Assembly: GCA_965113315.1 (NCBI GenBank)
Contig: OZ220363.1
Length of the DNA stretch: 64,000 nucleotides
Reading direction: 5' to 3' (one strand)
DNA from: Podarcis vaucheri
Taxonomy: Eukaryota
Below the pieces are notes generated by a model. It saw only the letters and a list, made by a program, of their open reading frames with translations, ran no database searches and was not told where the DNA came from. Below are positions 1 through 13,616 of the stretch, in pieces (positions within the stretch are counted from its first letter, which is position 1; every line of letters starts with the position of its first letter). Position numbers and translations under genes: made by a program.

Positions 1-399
1 GTTTCCTCTTACTGTTTTTATAACACGCACTCGTGCATGTTTACACAGAGGTAAGTCCCGCTGCATTCAATGGGGCTTACTTCCCTGTAAGGGAACTAGG
101 AATAAATCTCACTGGGATCAAGCCTTTGCTGTTGTTTTGTAACCCAGACCCTTGTTTTGTCGTGTCCTACTCTTCGTTGACCCCATGGACCAGAGCACGC
201 CAGGCAACTTTTGAGGAAAGATAGCTTGGAGTGAGCTTTATCTTTTTTAATAAAGAAAGACGGAACTCTTGTATCGCGGGTTTCCCACAAGCATCTAGTT
301 AGCCACTATGAGAACCAGATGCTGGACTAAGCTGGGCCACCGGCTCTTATGTTCTTACTATGCGCCAAGATCTATGGCCGTGCAAAGAGAGAGATGCAT

Positions 400-1030
400 C
401 GAGTGTGCCTGTTTGCTCGCAGGCGAGGTTGGAGAGGCTTCTCCAAAAATAATCAGCTCCGGTCACCATTTTTCTGTCCTGCTTGAAAATAAAAGCGTCC
501 GGGGGATTCATCAAAGCCCCATCCACCCGAAAAGGTCTCGAAGAAACAGGAGCGGCTAAAGATGGAAGCGCGTTCTTCTTATCTAGGAGCCTCCGGCCGA
601 GAGACTCGGAGGCAACGCGCGCCGTGCCGAGGACCTGGAAGGAGCCCGGGCGACGAGCCTGCAGGAATGCCAACTATGCGGAGGCTGCCTGTACCTGCAG
701 CTGCTCCCTTGCTGGTGGCCCCCAGGCCCGCACGGGGAGGAAGAGAGAGAGAGAGATTCTCCTCCAGCATCCGCGAAGAAACGAGCAGCGCCCGAGAAAA
801 ACCATACCTGGGGCGGAGAGGGAAACCAGCTTCACCGCCTCCCTTCACGCCCCGGTACAAGCAAGTGCAGACCCGCCTGCACTCGCGGGCCGTCTGGGCC
901 TTCGTACCAGCGAGACGCAGAGATGTCTGCCCCCAGGCTACCATTTATTTCCATTACAAAACTGCAACGGCAACGAAGCTCTCGGGGAGTTTTTCCAGCT
1001 AGTTTGCAGACCCACCTTTTACGGCTCTAA
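400..1030. promoter_or_regulatory. Second CpG-rich island, possible alternative promoter or first exon of the minus-strand gene
   Basis: Locally dense CpG; GC box GGGGCGGAG near 810; minus-strand donors CAG|GTATGG (802-810) and CAG|GTACAG (about 688-696). Confidence 0.55.
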
Positions 1031-1402
1031 AGGGAGGTGGGGTGTTCATTGTACAAAGAAACTAATAACTCCTTTCCAGTTGTCACATTCCCAACAAACA
1101 TGCATAGAAGAAGGGTGCAGGTCTGGCCCTAGCCGAGGGTGTGAACAGTCAGAGGGAAGATATTACAAGCGGTAAAATGTATCTTCTAGTCAAACAGTTT
1201 TTGTATGTTGTGGGTAGAGGGGGGAGAAGACGGACAAAGTTTCTTTTGTGGAATGCATGACTTCTACAGTACAGGCCATTTCTGAGTTTCCCCTCTCCAA
1301 GAAATGCAGCAAGAGGAGAGGGTGGAGAATGCTTTTAGGGAAAGGTCATTAAACGTGCAGCTCTGCTGGAGCCACACATTAGAGATCCGAAGACACCCGT
1401 AA

Positions 1403-1447
1403 GCGTGTGCGTGCGTGCGCGCGCGCGCACACACACACACACGCATA
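1403..1447. repeat. Compound (GT/GC/AC) alternating purine-pyrimidine tract
   Basis: gcgtgtgcgtgcgtgcgcgcgcgcgcacacacacacacacgcata. Confidence 0.9.
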
Positions 1448-2636
1448 GTAATATGGTTTACACATGCATCCATAGGCACATAATTTAGTGCAGTAGTTGC
1501 AGAATCATGAATATGACTGACAGACGAAAACCCCTTGGCCAACTTTTTTAGGTCACAGAAATGTGCTCTCCCATGTATACTTGCAAAGTGAAGCAAAGCA
1601 CCACATATGCATGCGCACACAGAGCTTTTGCACATTAACAAGTACTTTTGCTCCTATCCATTACCACCACGTTTTGGAATGTTGCTGTCTATGTCAGGGC
1701 CTGTGCTAAGTTAACTCAAAGGCAGAAACAACCCTTAGGAAATGTAAGACAAGACCTTTCTGTGACAGGTTAGATTTTTTACTTCCCCTATGATCCTCTC
1801 TTGTGCCAGACAAAATAGTAGGCTGGCATAAATCACACAAGGAAGAGGGAAATCAAGGGACCAGAGGTCTCCCAACTCCTGCACCTTCAGTTCTAAGGAA
1901 TCCTTTTGTCCCAAGAGAAAATCCTTCTCAAACGTCACCATATTAATTGGCTCCTTTTGTTATTCCTGGCTGGAATCTATCCTTCCTCAGCAGCTTCTTG
2001 CTTGCACTGGGCAAACATTGGCAGCAACAGGATGAGGAGCTTCCCAATAATGGCATTCTTTGTTACCAACTTACTATTAGAAGGATGTAGATGAAACTGT
2101 TCACAGCATGTGACTGTTTTTGCTGCCCTACAGCCAACAGCCCCTCACTTCACTTCATGGGCTCTTTATAGCATGCAGCCACAAAAAGGCAGGTAGCCTT
2201 AAAAAAACCACCTCAAATCTCTATTTGTTATTGATATTATGCTACTTAGGTGGGGGGTGGGTGCGTGTGTGCGTGTGTACACACAGAAACACACACCCCA
2301 CAGATCAGTTTTGGAGCATTTTTTTTTCCATATTCTGAAAGTGTTTTGTTCATCCACACCAAATTACAGAGCCAGACATGTCTTGGGAGGCTGCCTTTTG
2401 CTCTTCCCTGTTCAATACTATACAAAGTGAACGCTTATTGGAAAACTGAGGCATTGAAATCACGCAGCAGCACAACACCATCCAGAAAACCTTCCCTATA
2501 AACAAACAGGATCAGGGCACATATCTCATGCCTAAATTCACACCACTGCAAGTACCAAAAATTGAAGTAGTCCATCAATTGGGGGAGGGCCAGAATTTGC
2601 TTTTACAGTTCAAGTCTATTGCGCTAAGGCGAAGAA

Positions 2637-3052
2637 TACAAGATGAGCCCTGCAGGAGCAGAGCAAAGGCCTATCTAGTCCAGCATTCTGTTGTCATAGT
2701 GGTCAACCAATGCCTGTGGGACTGCTCCGGCGGGAAGGTAAACGGTGTTTCCATGCGCTGCTCTGGTTTGCCAGAAGTGGCTTAGTCATGCTGGCCACAT
2801 GACCCAGAAGCTGTACGCCGGCTCCCTCAGCCAATAAAGCAAGATGAGTGACGTAACCCCAGAGTCGTCCGCGACTGGACCTAATGGTCAGGGGTCCCTT
2901 TACCTTTTTAACGCTTGCAAGCAGGACATGAGAGTAATACTCCTCTCCCGCTCATGTTCCCCAAGAACTGGCAATCAGAGACATACTGCCTCTGACATTG
3001 GAGCTGATATATAGTCATTATGTCTGGTAACTACTGATAGCCTTATTCTCCA
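2637..3052 (-). mobile_element. CR1-type LINE 3' fragment, interrupted by a Sauria SINE
   Basis: Reverse complement of the CR1-type tail (ctagtccagcattctgtt..gtggtcaaccaatgcc) resumes after 2910 (gcaagcaggac..gatagccttattctccat); the same tail is on + at about 278-358. Confidence 0.65.
2721..2909 (+). mobile_element. Sauria SINE (5'-truncated)
   Basis: gctccggcgggaaggtaaacgg...ggacctaatggtcaggggtccctttacc; near identical to 14607-14799. Confidence 0.9.
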
Positions 3053-6000
3053 TAAACAGCAGAGTAGTTAAAAGCAACACATTTTGACTAATTTTGACTC
3101 CTGTATTTTTTGTAAGCTTAAAATAGCAGGACGATTGCTACTGACATCTACAGGTGCCAGCTTCTCAACTAGAAGCAGTAGGTGGAGGCAGGCAGCCTAC
3201 CAGTTCCCTTCACCTTCATCCCTCCAAGGCAAGGGAAGAAGGTTGGCCAAGTGAGTAACTAGTGGAAAAAACAGGGGGGGGGGAGGCACAGCAGCTGCTT
3301 TCTCTTTTAGAGCCTCCCTTAAAGAGACAGGCATAATTTCTGCTTGGAGCACCAAGCAACCTTAGCTTCTTAGACATATTTGCAGGGCACATGGAACGCT
3401 TAGACTACAGTCATGACATCTAGAAACCACTTATATTAAATAATCACATGTGAACCACACTGGATCTAAAGAAAAGTTGCCTAAGGAAAGGAGATGTAGA
3501 CTTTAGCTTTTCAACAGGACGCTCCCATTTTTCTATACCTAGGCTTGCCCCCAACTCTGCTTGAAGGTCTATCATTTCCCTTCCCACATTCATCTTGGGA
3601 CATCATGGCTGGCTGGGTTCCCATGCCATTTTACCTTGTGCTGCCTGGAGAGGATTGCAGTTCCTCCCATTAATTTGCAGCGCTGTAATGGGATACGTTC
3701 CACAAGGGCAGTTCCTTCTACTTCCGTACTCTTAGAGAATGAAAAGAACAACCAGTACTGAGATTTTGCAAGTCTACTTGGAACTTGCACCCCTGTCTCT
3801 AAAATGCTTTCGGTCATGTAGACCTCCTCAATAAATGACTCCTCCTACATTCAGCTTCTGTGCTTACTCACACCATAATCATTCTTTCTGCATTTGGGCG
3901 GGGAGGGGGGCAGGGGAAGAGCACCTAGAATATGTATGCTCATGACCTCAAATAGCTCAGAATATGCAGAGGCTAACTTTGTGCCTTGCAATTACGCAGC
4001 ACACCAACAACATTCCAAAACGCCACTCCAGGTGGAAATTATGCACACATTTAGTGCTGTGGTTTGAAGGGCACAAACAATGGTTCATAACAACCAGAAC
4101 TGGTGACTGCTCCCAAAAATATAATACTGGAAATCACCTTGGAATTTAACCTGCCCACAGAATCCCAAATTGTTAAAAGATATAACTGACATCATGATAC
4201 GCGAGACAAAAGATGGATAACAGCCACAGTTGGCGTTCACATATTTGCAAATGGACTGGCATGAATACACAATGCCAGCTGCCTACCCAGTGTCCTCTTT
4301 AGGCGGAGTTATTTCTGGCACTGTAGTAACAGTAGCAATACACAAGTCTCCTGTCTGCCTAAGGAGAAGCAACCACACTAAAAATAGGGAAATCTCTATG
4401 ATTGGGCATGAGGAAAGGTGGTTAAAGCTATCTGCATAGCTCTCCAGTACTTTGCTGGCCAAGACCATTGGCTGTTTCACCGACAGTGACAGATATGCAC
4501 ACTATATATAGGGGTAGGCACTGCAATCCTCTAAGTGAGCAGGGGAGAGGATTTGCAAAACCTGGGTCCTGCTAGACCAAGCGTGGCTTCCACGCCAGAA
4601 AACTGGAATAAAGAGCAGAAGTGCTTGGTAGAGACTGGGTTGCAGGAGGTGTGGTTTAAAATTTTAAGCTTCAAAATTCCTGATCCTGAACAGAGGTATG
4701 CACTCTTTATAGTAGCACCATGAGATCCACTCTCTCAACAGTATATTGAGAAAGAGGCGCAGGGGTTTTCTCCCTGCTCCCAATCAACTGGTATAAAATT
4801 TTTATGAAATAAATAAAAATAAATTGTGCTTGAGGGGATTAGGCCAGGATGGGAAACCTCAGGCTAGGAACCAAATGTGGCCCTCCAGGACTCCGTATCA
4901 GGCTACACTTGGCCCTCATGAAGTTATTGGGTGTTTCTGCCTGGCTAGAATTGTCATTGAACGCTGCTAATGCCTCTTATTTGCCTAGATGAAGGACAGA
5001 GCGTGTACGTAGACACTAGCCTACTGCACAAAGGTAACGTCTGCACATTTGTTTTGCCCACTTTTGCTCTGGCCCACCCACTATTGGCAGGTCGCCTTCA
5101 GAAGGCTGCCCAGGTAGCCCATAGCCTGAAAAAGGCTCCCCAGCTCTGGATTAGACAAGTTAATCCTACCATAAGAAACATCCCTGGAATCAGTGATAAA
5201 GAGATTCACAATGAAAATGCTTAGTACAGTAGTAGCTGAGACGAAGTTATACAACATCATATTTTAAATATGTGTCTGGAGAAGCAGAGTTGTATTTCTA
5301 TTGCACCTCTATCCAAAAGAGATCTGTAACTCTGACAAAAGAGCCACTAATAATCACATTTCCTGCTAGAAGCAAGATATAGCAAAGTATCAGATGAAGA
5401 ATTATCTTAGTGCACGGGACAAACAGTGACAAGTATTGCAACTGAGAATCTACAACCTTTTCTTAAAAGAACCCACTGAGTTCTGCAGTGTCTGGTTAGT
5501 TAGAAAGGAAGAGCAAATAGATTATAACAGGTTATGACATCGACCGATTAAAAATATATATATTTATTTTAATGTATTTAAAATAAAGTATTGCATTAAT
5601 GAATTTCATTGTTTATTGTTTGCTTACTTACATTTGAATGCATCCATGGATGGTTGATTAGATTTTCAAATTGTAAGCCACCTTGAGGACTTTTGTCAAA
5701 GCAGAATATGAACTTAAAAGAATAATAAGAATAGCTCAGTGACAAGTAGTCCACAAGAGGACTAAGACTCACTCCATATTCATAATATTCATAATAAAAA
5801 TGTTACAATTTTTCACAGGCTTCCTCATTCTATTGCATTGTTCTCAGAGTTTTTGCAAAAGTTGATGGGGTGTTGTTGTTGTTTTTTTCCAAGGGGGTTG
5901 TTGGCAAGGAGAAGCTTAATGGCAGTGTTAGAGTAGTATGTGCAAGTTGGGGGCAGCAGGTGCATATGACTAGGGCAATATGACCCCAATCCACAAAGGA

Positions 6001-9000
6001 AAGGGGGAATTTAACAACCCAAAGGCAACCCAAACACCATAAATTTAAGGCACATGTAAAAAACTCTACCCCAAAGAATCCTGGGAACTGTAGCTTAAGG
6101 ATTCTGGGAACTGTAGCTCTGTGAGGGAGTAAGCTACAGTTCCCAGGATTCTTTGCGGTGGGGAAATGTGCTTTGAATGTATGGTGTGTGTATAAAGTCA
6201 GACTCTGTTGCTTTACACTGCAATCCTTTTGCATTCTATTCCTTCCTATTTCTACCTGTATCTACACAAACCCAATTAGAGCTGGGAGGAAAATACAAGA
6301 TTCTCCGGTATCTCCCAGTTACACATACCATAATCCACATGCATGGAATTGCAACTTTTGTAGTACGGTGGGATGGAGGTCTTTGCGCATTGGGGAGCTA
6401 GTATGCCAGAAAGAAACTCTTCCAATTTATCCCTGCTTGCAGCACAAAGAGCTCATTCCCTGACGCTGGACAGTCCTCACAGACAACCACAGGGGCATGT
6501 TGCTGAACAAGAAATAGAGAGAATGGAGGAGTGGGGAATTAATAGCAGAAAGCAAAGAAGATCATAAATCCAAATTAAGTGTTGATGGAATCACAAACCA
6601 CAACTGAGTGGCCTATGCATTTTACAACCTGCTGAGCTGATTTATTCCGGACAGGACTGTCAAGCCCAGAGGTTAGGCTGTGAAACAAATGGGGAAACAA
6701 ACCCATGCTGAGGAAGAGAATCTCTTCTTCCTTCAATGAGATTTGAAACGGAAAGCTCTCTATAAAAAGGAAAGCGCTCCAGTGCCCCCTCATACTGATC
6801 AATAGCCCCAAGGCCTGCGTGGGCCTTATCTGGCCTGTAACTGCATAGGTCTCACATGATCAAGGGTGCAATCCCACACAGAGTTTCCTAGGCATGAGTC
6901 CCATTGAACACAGCACTTCTAAATGCATAAAAGGACTGAACTGCAAACTAGTAAACGGACGTCCCTCTGTGTGGTCAACTAATGCAAGGTTCTCCATGAA
7001 GAGAGATTCTTTACTGAAATGGAGACTCGTGAACGGTAAGTGAATTGCTCTTGTGCTCTAAAGGATGAATCATAAAAAAAGAAGTCCAAATAAATGAGAT
7101 TACAGCTTGGGTTGTTGTTTTGTCAGCAAGCTCTTATTCTTTGCTGCATTTTATTAGGTGAAACGGCATTTTGTAAGAGTTTGTTTCTGTTGCATATAAA
7201 CGTTCTGTTATTGTCATTGCTGTTAGATGCCCTGAGTGTGGGATGGGTGATATAGAAATTGCTTAGTAAACAGTCATCCTCTGCAGGTTCATTTAAGACA
7301 CACTTCCCCAATCTGTGTGCATTCTTTCTAGCAGTTTCTTTTGATAGGGAGATGGCGCACTTATGCAGAGTGAGAGGTCAGCATTCTTCTTGCTTTTTAT
7401 CTACACCAAATGCACAAAAAAAATGGGAAATGAGCACCACAATGGGCTTGCTTATATTTGCCTTCAATACTGGGACTATGACATGCTGGATCTGGACTAG
7501 TAATATAACACACCACTATTATAACATACTAGACTCATCTGTTTAACAAGCAAAAGCATTTACTATTCTTTCATCCAAGATGGTCCCAATTTTACATTCT
7601 ACCTGTTCGGAAATATTTAACTTCCATAAGAGCAGAAGGTTCCTAATGCTTCCACAAAAAATTCCTTTCACCCCAGCCAAGAATGTGCATTTTGAATGGC
7701 TCTATTAAAACCTTTGATAGCATGCTTGACATTAGATTTCTAATATTTAGAGAACTAGGTGCTTGGAAAGGATTAAGTAGAGATGGATCTTTCAAGGCTA
7801 GTTAAAACTCTTTTTGCATCTATTCTGCCCTGGACACATGAGTAGTCTGCTCTCCAAGAATAGGAGACTATGGAGATCCAAATAGGGCACTAAAAGCATA
7901 AATGCTCATTAAGCACTTTTAAAAGCTCTGTAAATTAAACCATTACAAAGTCTTGTGGCACCTTAAAGACTAGCAAATTCATGGTGAATCCCCCCCCCCA
8001 AATAAAACCACCTTTCATGGTGTAAAGTCTATCTAACACATGAAGTGTTATCCTCAGATAGCCCATGCAGAGAAAAATACAGTGGACAGTGGAATCAAAT
8101 GACTAGGAAACACAAGAAGTACAGTGTGACACACTTAAAATGCCAATTATTTTAGTGGAGGCACTGAAAAGATTTTGGACAGGTCATCCTACTTCTAAAT
8201 AGGCTGTTATGGTTTCCTAATGTTCCCTAGCAGAGAATAAAAATAAAAAGCTCACCAACTGCCATTTAAAAACTCCCTTTTAACACTCCCTTCCTCGACC
8301 CCCATTTCCCATGCAGAATATGTTTGGAATGAAAGGTGGGGCTGAATTAGAATGGCGGAAAGATCTGATCAGACAGCACTGGAGGGAGGTCTGCAGAGTC
8401 CCCTAGGCTCTGCTTTGTGTGTAAGCCAAGTTGCCTTCTGTGATAACAATTCACCTGCACTGCTGTGCTAACCAAGTGAGGTTCCTGAGGTGAAGGTGTG
8501 CTGCACAGAAGGCAAATTGTTGGTGAGGGGAAGAGATCTCTTACTGAGTTCTGTGTAGAATAACCCTCAGTGGCAGACATAAGGACTCTGTGCCTAGCTG
8601 AAAAGGACAGGAGGGCTTTTATGTTACAGGCAAGAAAGGGCACCAACACCCATTCAAATGAAGTAATGAAAATAGTGGCAATTCAAAATCCATTAGGGGC
8701 TTCGCACTTTGTTCTCTTTCCCCTGTCAGAAAACACACACACTGCTCTTAGTACTCCACATTTCTAGCTCTTGCCAGAAATAATTACAGTAGTCTGTGCC
8801 TCAAGACAACTTTGAGTCCACAAGGTCAGAATCAGAGCATCACTCAGCAGTTTTCACAAGCATTACAGAAAATCCAGGCGGAAACCTTAAAAAAACCACC
8901 CATGTCACCCAGTTCCAGAGCAGAGGCCTTGCCTTCTTAAAGGAAAGGGTTTTGCCACCAATTTTGACCACTTCCCCCACTTCAGCTCTTGTGGAATAAT

Positions 9001-9717
9001 AAGGGGATCAGAATGTCTTCAACATCTCTCTCTCTCAGGGTCAATCCAGCTCTTACTTTCCTTTCTTCTTGCCATCCCTTTTATTTCAAAGTTCAATAAA
9101 CAGGAAGAAAAGGGAATGGTCTTGACAAATCCCATCAAGGCTCAGGAAAAACCAAGCCTGCCTCCAGCTGACATACCAGGCCCTGCGCTAATGAGAGGTA
9201 AGGAGGCACCTAAGAAGAACAGGCAACAGCAAAGAGAAGGAGAAATGAATTATTCACATTGCATGCAGTAGACAGCTGCACAAATCACACACTTTCCACA
9301 CCTAAAAGGGACAAGCACCAGATCCTTGCAGGTCCCCATGCTTGACCAGGGCTTCTACATCTTGCATCCCAAGAGAGGCAGCCCAGAGGCCAACAGCTGC
9401 ATCCAGTCAAGAATGGAATTTGCAGCTGAAAGGCTTTTGTGCAAAGGATGCACAATAGCCAGGCCAGTACAGGGGAGGGTCAGAGTTAACTCTTTGATCA
9501 CCACAGCCCCAGAGGGCAAAAAAGAAAGGAACAGCCTGTAGTTGCCACTCTTTCTAAAATGGCACATATGTTATCATGCATATTCAATCTGATCACTGAT
9601 CACAGCAGGCCTCTAGTATTATTCAAGCAAAAAGAATACGTGTTCCTAGAACTGAGAGCTCCAGCAAGCAGTGAAAAAGCTCATCCCCCTCCCATCTCTA
9701 TAGCATAACACCAAATA

Positions 9718-9958
9718 CAGTCGTACCTTGGATCCTGAACGCCTTGCAAGTTGAATGTTTTGGCTCCCGAACACCACAAACCCAGAAGTGAGTGTTCTGG
9801 TTTGCGAACGTTCTTTGGAACCCAAACGTCTGACGGGGCTTCCAACTGGCTGCAGGAGCTTCCTTCAGCCAATTGGAAGCCACACCTTGGTTTCCGAACA
9901 CTTTGGAAGTTGAACAGACTTCCGGAACAGATTCCATTCAACTTCCAAGGTACCACTG
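9718..9958. mobile_element. Tc1/mariner (pogo/Tigger-like) MITE
   Basis: TIRs CAGTCGTACCTTGG / CCAAGGTACCACTG flanked by TA. Confidence 0.85.
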
Positions 9959-10770
9959 TAACCTTTTTTTATCCTGTATGAGAATGAAAAACCAACCTTG
10001 ACAATACACACCACAGTGGCTGGGGTGCAAAGGAGACCAACAAAGTGGATGAACTGCTGCGAGGGTTCTTGTCCATCTATAGATAGTGGAGAGTAGACAC
10101 GGGCCCACAGTCACCAGGATAAATGAGCTCCAGAAGAAGAGTCAATGTCCATTGTTCAAGAGCACCTGAAACAGCACAGAGAGGCTGAAAAAGGGTCAAA
10201 GTACAGGTGATACATATACCTCCCCTTTTTACCTTCTCCCAGCCCCTTAAGGGGCTACCTGTTACTTCAGTGTAGAAGATTATCTACATTCAAATTATTT
10301 GGTACTCAGAACTGCACCTCAGTTGTATTTATACAACTATTTCTATACTGCCATACCATAAAGCAGGACAGTGCTCATAATAAAGAGACAATGAAAAAGA
10401 ATGCAATGTTTTATCACAATAGGAAGCTCAAGCTGCCATCAGAAAAATAAACGAAACATTTGCTACTCAGGATTGATTCACATGACCCCAGTATGTCATG
10501 TCAGTACGTCTAGGGAATTGTGTTAATTTTGGTACATGGGAGCCCCAGCTTTCCAGCAGGTGGAAATTTTGACCGAAAATATTGCTCCTATGGGCAACAG
10601 AGGTTTTAGCAACCTCACTGTAAGAAGAAGGGTAGCACAAGGCCCCCATTCAGCCCATATTTTGTTACGTTTCAGAGAGAAACTAATCAAACTTGCAGCA
10701 CATTAAAAGAGGTCGGTGCTATGACAGAAAATGAACATTGCTGTGATGGCTCACACTAGTTTTACAACTA

Positions 10771-11001
10771 CAGTGGTACCTTGGGTTACAGACGCTTCAG
10801 GTTGCAGATGCTTCAGGTTAGAGACTCCACTAACCCAGAAATAGTACCTCAGGTTAAGAACTTTGCTTCAGGATGAGAACAGAAATTGCACGGTGGCAGT
10901 GGGAGGCCCCATCAGCTAACATGGTACCTCAGGTTAAGAACAGTTTCAGGTTAAGAACGGACCTCCAGAACGAATTAAGTTCTTAACCCGAGGTACCACT
11001 G
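10771..11001. mobile_element. Tc1/mariner MITE
   Basis: TIRs CAGTGGTACCTTGGGTTA / TAACCCGAGGTACCACTG, TA target duplication. Confidence 0.88.
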
Positions 11002-12045
11002 TATATTGTAAAATTACACTACCAGCAGAATGGGATAGGATGCCCATATTTTGGTTTCCCCCCTTGAAGAGCCAGCTGCCAAGGGAGTGAATGTCAATGG
11101 GAGACTTGTCAGCGTAACAGTGCAATCCTATTTCTACTCAGAAGTGAGTCTCATTGTGCTGAATGGGCCTTACACCCAGGGAAGTATGTATGAGATCCCA
11201 GCCAAAGGCCCACTGAACACAACAGAATTGTATTTCTAATGTATTGTATAGGATAGGATATGCTGCAAGTATCTTGCCCAGTAGGAGATATGTGAAATTT
11301 AACCATCAAACCTGAGCCCTGGGCTCATTAGAGATAATTTTAACAGGAAAAGGTATCACCTTTGATTTCTTAGTGGGAATTGGTTTTGAATGCAGTTTGA
11401 AAAGAATTCATGCTATTATGACTTTTAGGATTCCAAGGTCAGGCTCTGAAAGGAGTTCTTCCTTTGACCCAGCAGCTTACACACCTTGGGTAATTTGTAT
11501 TTTTCTGAATTGTCATATAGAAAGGGTGGCAACTCTCAGGTAGGCTTGTAGGTCATATGTTATTTTGTCATTATAATAGAAATCCAGTATCTCTAAACCT
11601 TTCTTGGTAGTCACCTGAAGGCTCTTCTTCTAAGCTTTTGTACTACATTAAAATAGCACGAGTTCTGCAACGTTTCTGAAATGTCTTGACAGAGCTCACA
11701 AGGAACGTTATTGCCATTGCAAGATTATACTTTGAATTGGAAAGCCAGTGCACTCTCTCACTCTCTCTCTCTCAAATGTGCTTGCTAATAAGTGTCCCGC
11801 TGTTATCGTTTCAAGTGGCAGGTAAGTGTGCCCTTTTGTGAACAGCCGTACTCATTGCTTCGGTGTTTAACTTTGTTATGTGTGATAGCAAATGTGGCAA
11901 GAAATGTCCGGGATTAAAATAAATAGTACTGAGACAACCAGGCGGAACATGAAAAGAAGTGTGATTAATGCCACCGCACACACATTTTTAGGCTGCCAGA
12001 AGCTGCCTAAAATAAAAACAAACCAAATGTTTCTAGCCCCATACA

Positions 12046-12167
12046 CATGGTGCTGATAACGGCAAGGTTGCAGGTTCGATCCCCATATGGGACAGCTGCG
12101 TATTCCTGCATTGCAGGGGATTGCACTAGGTGATTCTCAGGGTCCCTTCCAACTCTACAATTCTATG
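12046..12167 (+). mobile_element. tRNA-Ile-derived SINE with CR1-type tail (5'-truncated)
   Basis: tggtgctgataacggcaaggttgcaggttcgatcccc (tRNA-Ile-like anticodon and T arms) + ttcctgcattgcagggg..ggtcccttccaactctacaattctatg. Confidence 0.8.
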
Positions 12168-13616
12168 TCCACAGATGCACCCAGCAGCACTGTGGGAAAT
12201 GGCTGCTCTAAAACACTCAACGTTTTGCTGAGGCACGGTAAATGCAAAAGAAAATAATGAAGAGAAAATATTTACAAGAGGCACAAAACAGTATGTTAGT
12301 AAGCCATCCTTCTTCGCCAGCTTCCACATGCACACCGTTACCAGAGAATTCTTTGTCTTCAAGCTGAAATCTCTGCCTAGCAAGAAGATTTAATTCCTGT
12401 TCTCAGAACAGGTTTGTCAAGCACAGTGCATATTCCCACTTGAAGAAGTTATTAAGCATTTATACAAGCTCAAATTATAACATTTGCTGCAAATGCTGCC
12501 AATACCAACAGGAATTTACTTGCTAAGGCATCACAGTCAGTCCAAACTGGGTAGGACACAGAAGAACAGGGAACAGACATTTTGTGAGGAGCATTGCATT
12601 TACTCATTTCCACCATGACAATTACTTTGAATACACAGTCGTATTCTAGCTAGAAAGCTTCCAGTGGGAGGATTACCCTTGTGTATATTTAATACCACCC
12701 CAATAATTATCTTTCTAAAAACATGGATGTAAGATTTTAAAATGAAATTCTTCACATCAGTTTCTTGACTCTATGAACCATTTGCTTAGCATTTTAGCTA
12801 TTACATGCAGAAAACCCCACAGCCTGACTAAATAGCCACTTTCCTGTTAGGCTGCTGTGTAAGAGAAGATGACACAACCTGCCAGGGCTTGAACAACTAA
12901 GTGTGCTCTTTGGAAAAAAATCAAACAATTGCACCATTCACCTGGAAACTGCAGGAACAGCAAAACGTTACGGTAAACTTGTGTGTTTTGGCATTTTAGG
13001 TTTAGAAAAGCTCTAACCCCATAGCTGGATTGCTCAAGTCGGAATGCAAGCTCAGCAGCAGTACAGGAAAGAAACCCAATATAAAAGGTGATGCCTTTGG
13101 GAAGTACTGGAAGCAGCATCACACAATAAAAGTGTTAAAGGAATCAGTGGAACACAAATTTTACAGAGGCAGTTCACAACACACAGCATCCAATATAGTC
13201 TAGTAAAAATAAGGCTGAGATAAAATAAATCATTTTTAGGATAACATTTAAGCTAGCAGAAGTAGCAACATACTAATAGCTGCAATGTCCAGTTTGATGC
13301 AAAATGAGGCTATTCTCCGTCACAAGTTGCTACTGGAAGTGCCTGAAAATAGAAACAGTTGAAAACTAACAGGCACTGAGGCTGCAGTATCTCAATTTCT
13401 ATAAGGTCAAATAGGTTCCCTTAAGGTCAAATAGGTCCCCTTATTTGATTTATTTTTATTATATATCTTCTCTTCTTCCTAAAGGAGGAAATGATTTTAA
13501 AATATTTAACAGGAGCATTTGTACCTTTAGTACAACACTCATGAAGAAAAACCTCTCTAATGCTTTTAACCCAAATACGTATTGTAAATTTCCTTCACTA
13601 TACCAGCATCGACATA

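Noticed and set aside
483-1175. Overlapping 100-230 aa ORFs on both strands
   Set aside because: GC-rich island depleted of stop codons; no recognisable protein and no LARGE2 similarity.
10771-11001. CRISPR-like repeated CAGGTTAAGAAC units
   Set aside because: Internal subterminal repeats of a eukaryotic mariner MITE; irregular spacing, no cas genes, vertebrate DNA.
12046-12095. tRNA-Ile gene
   Set aside because: 5' half missing and fused to a CR1 tail; it is a SINE head. The same applies to 63750-63817.
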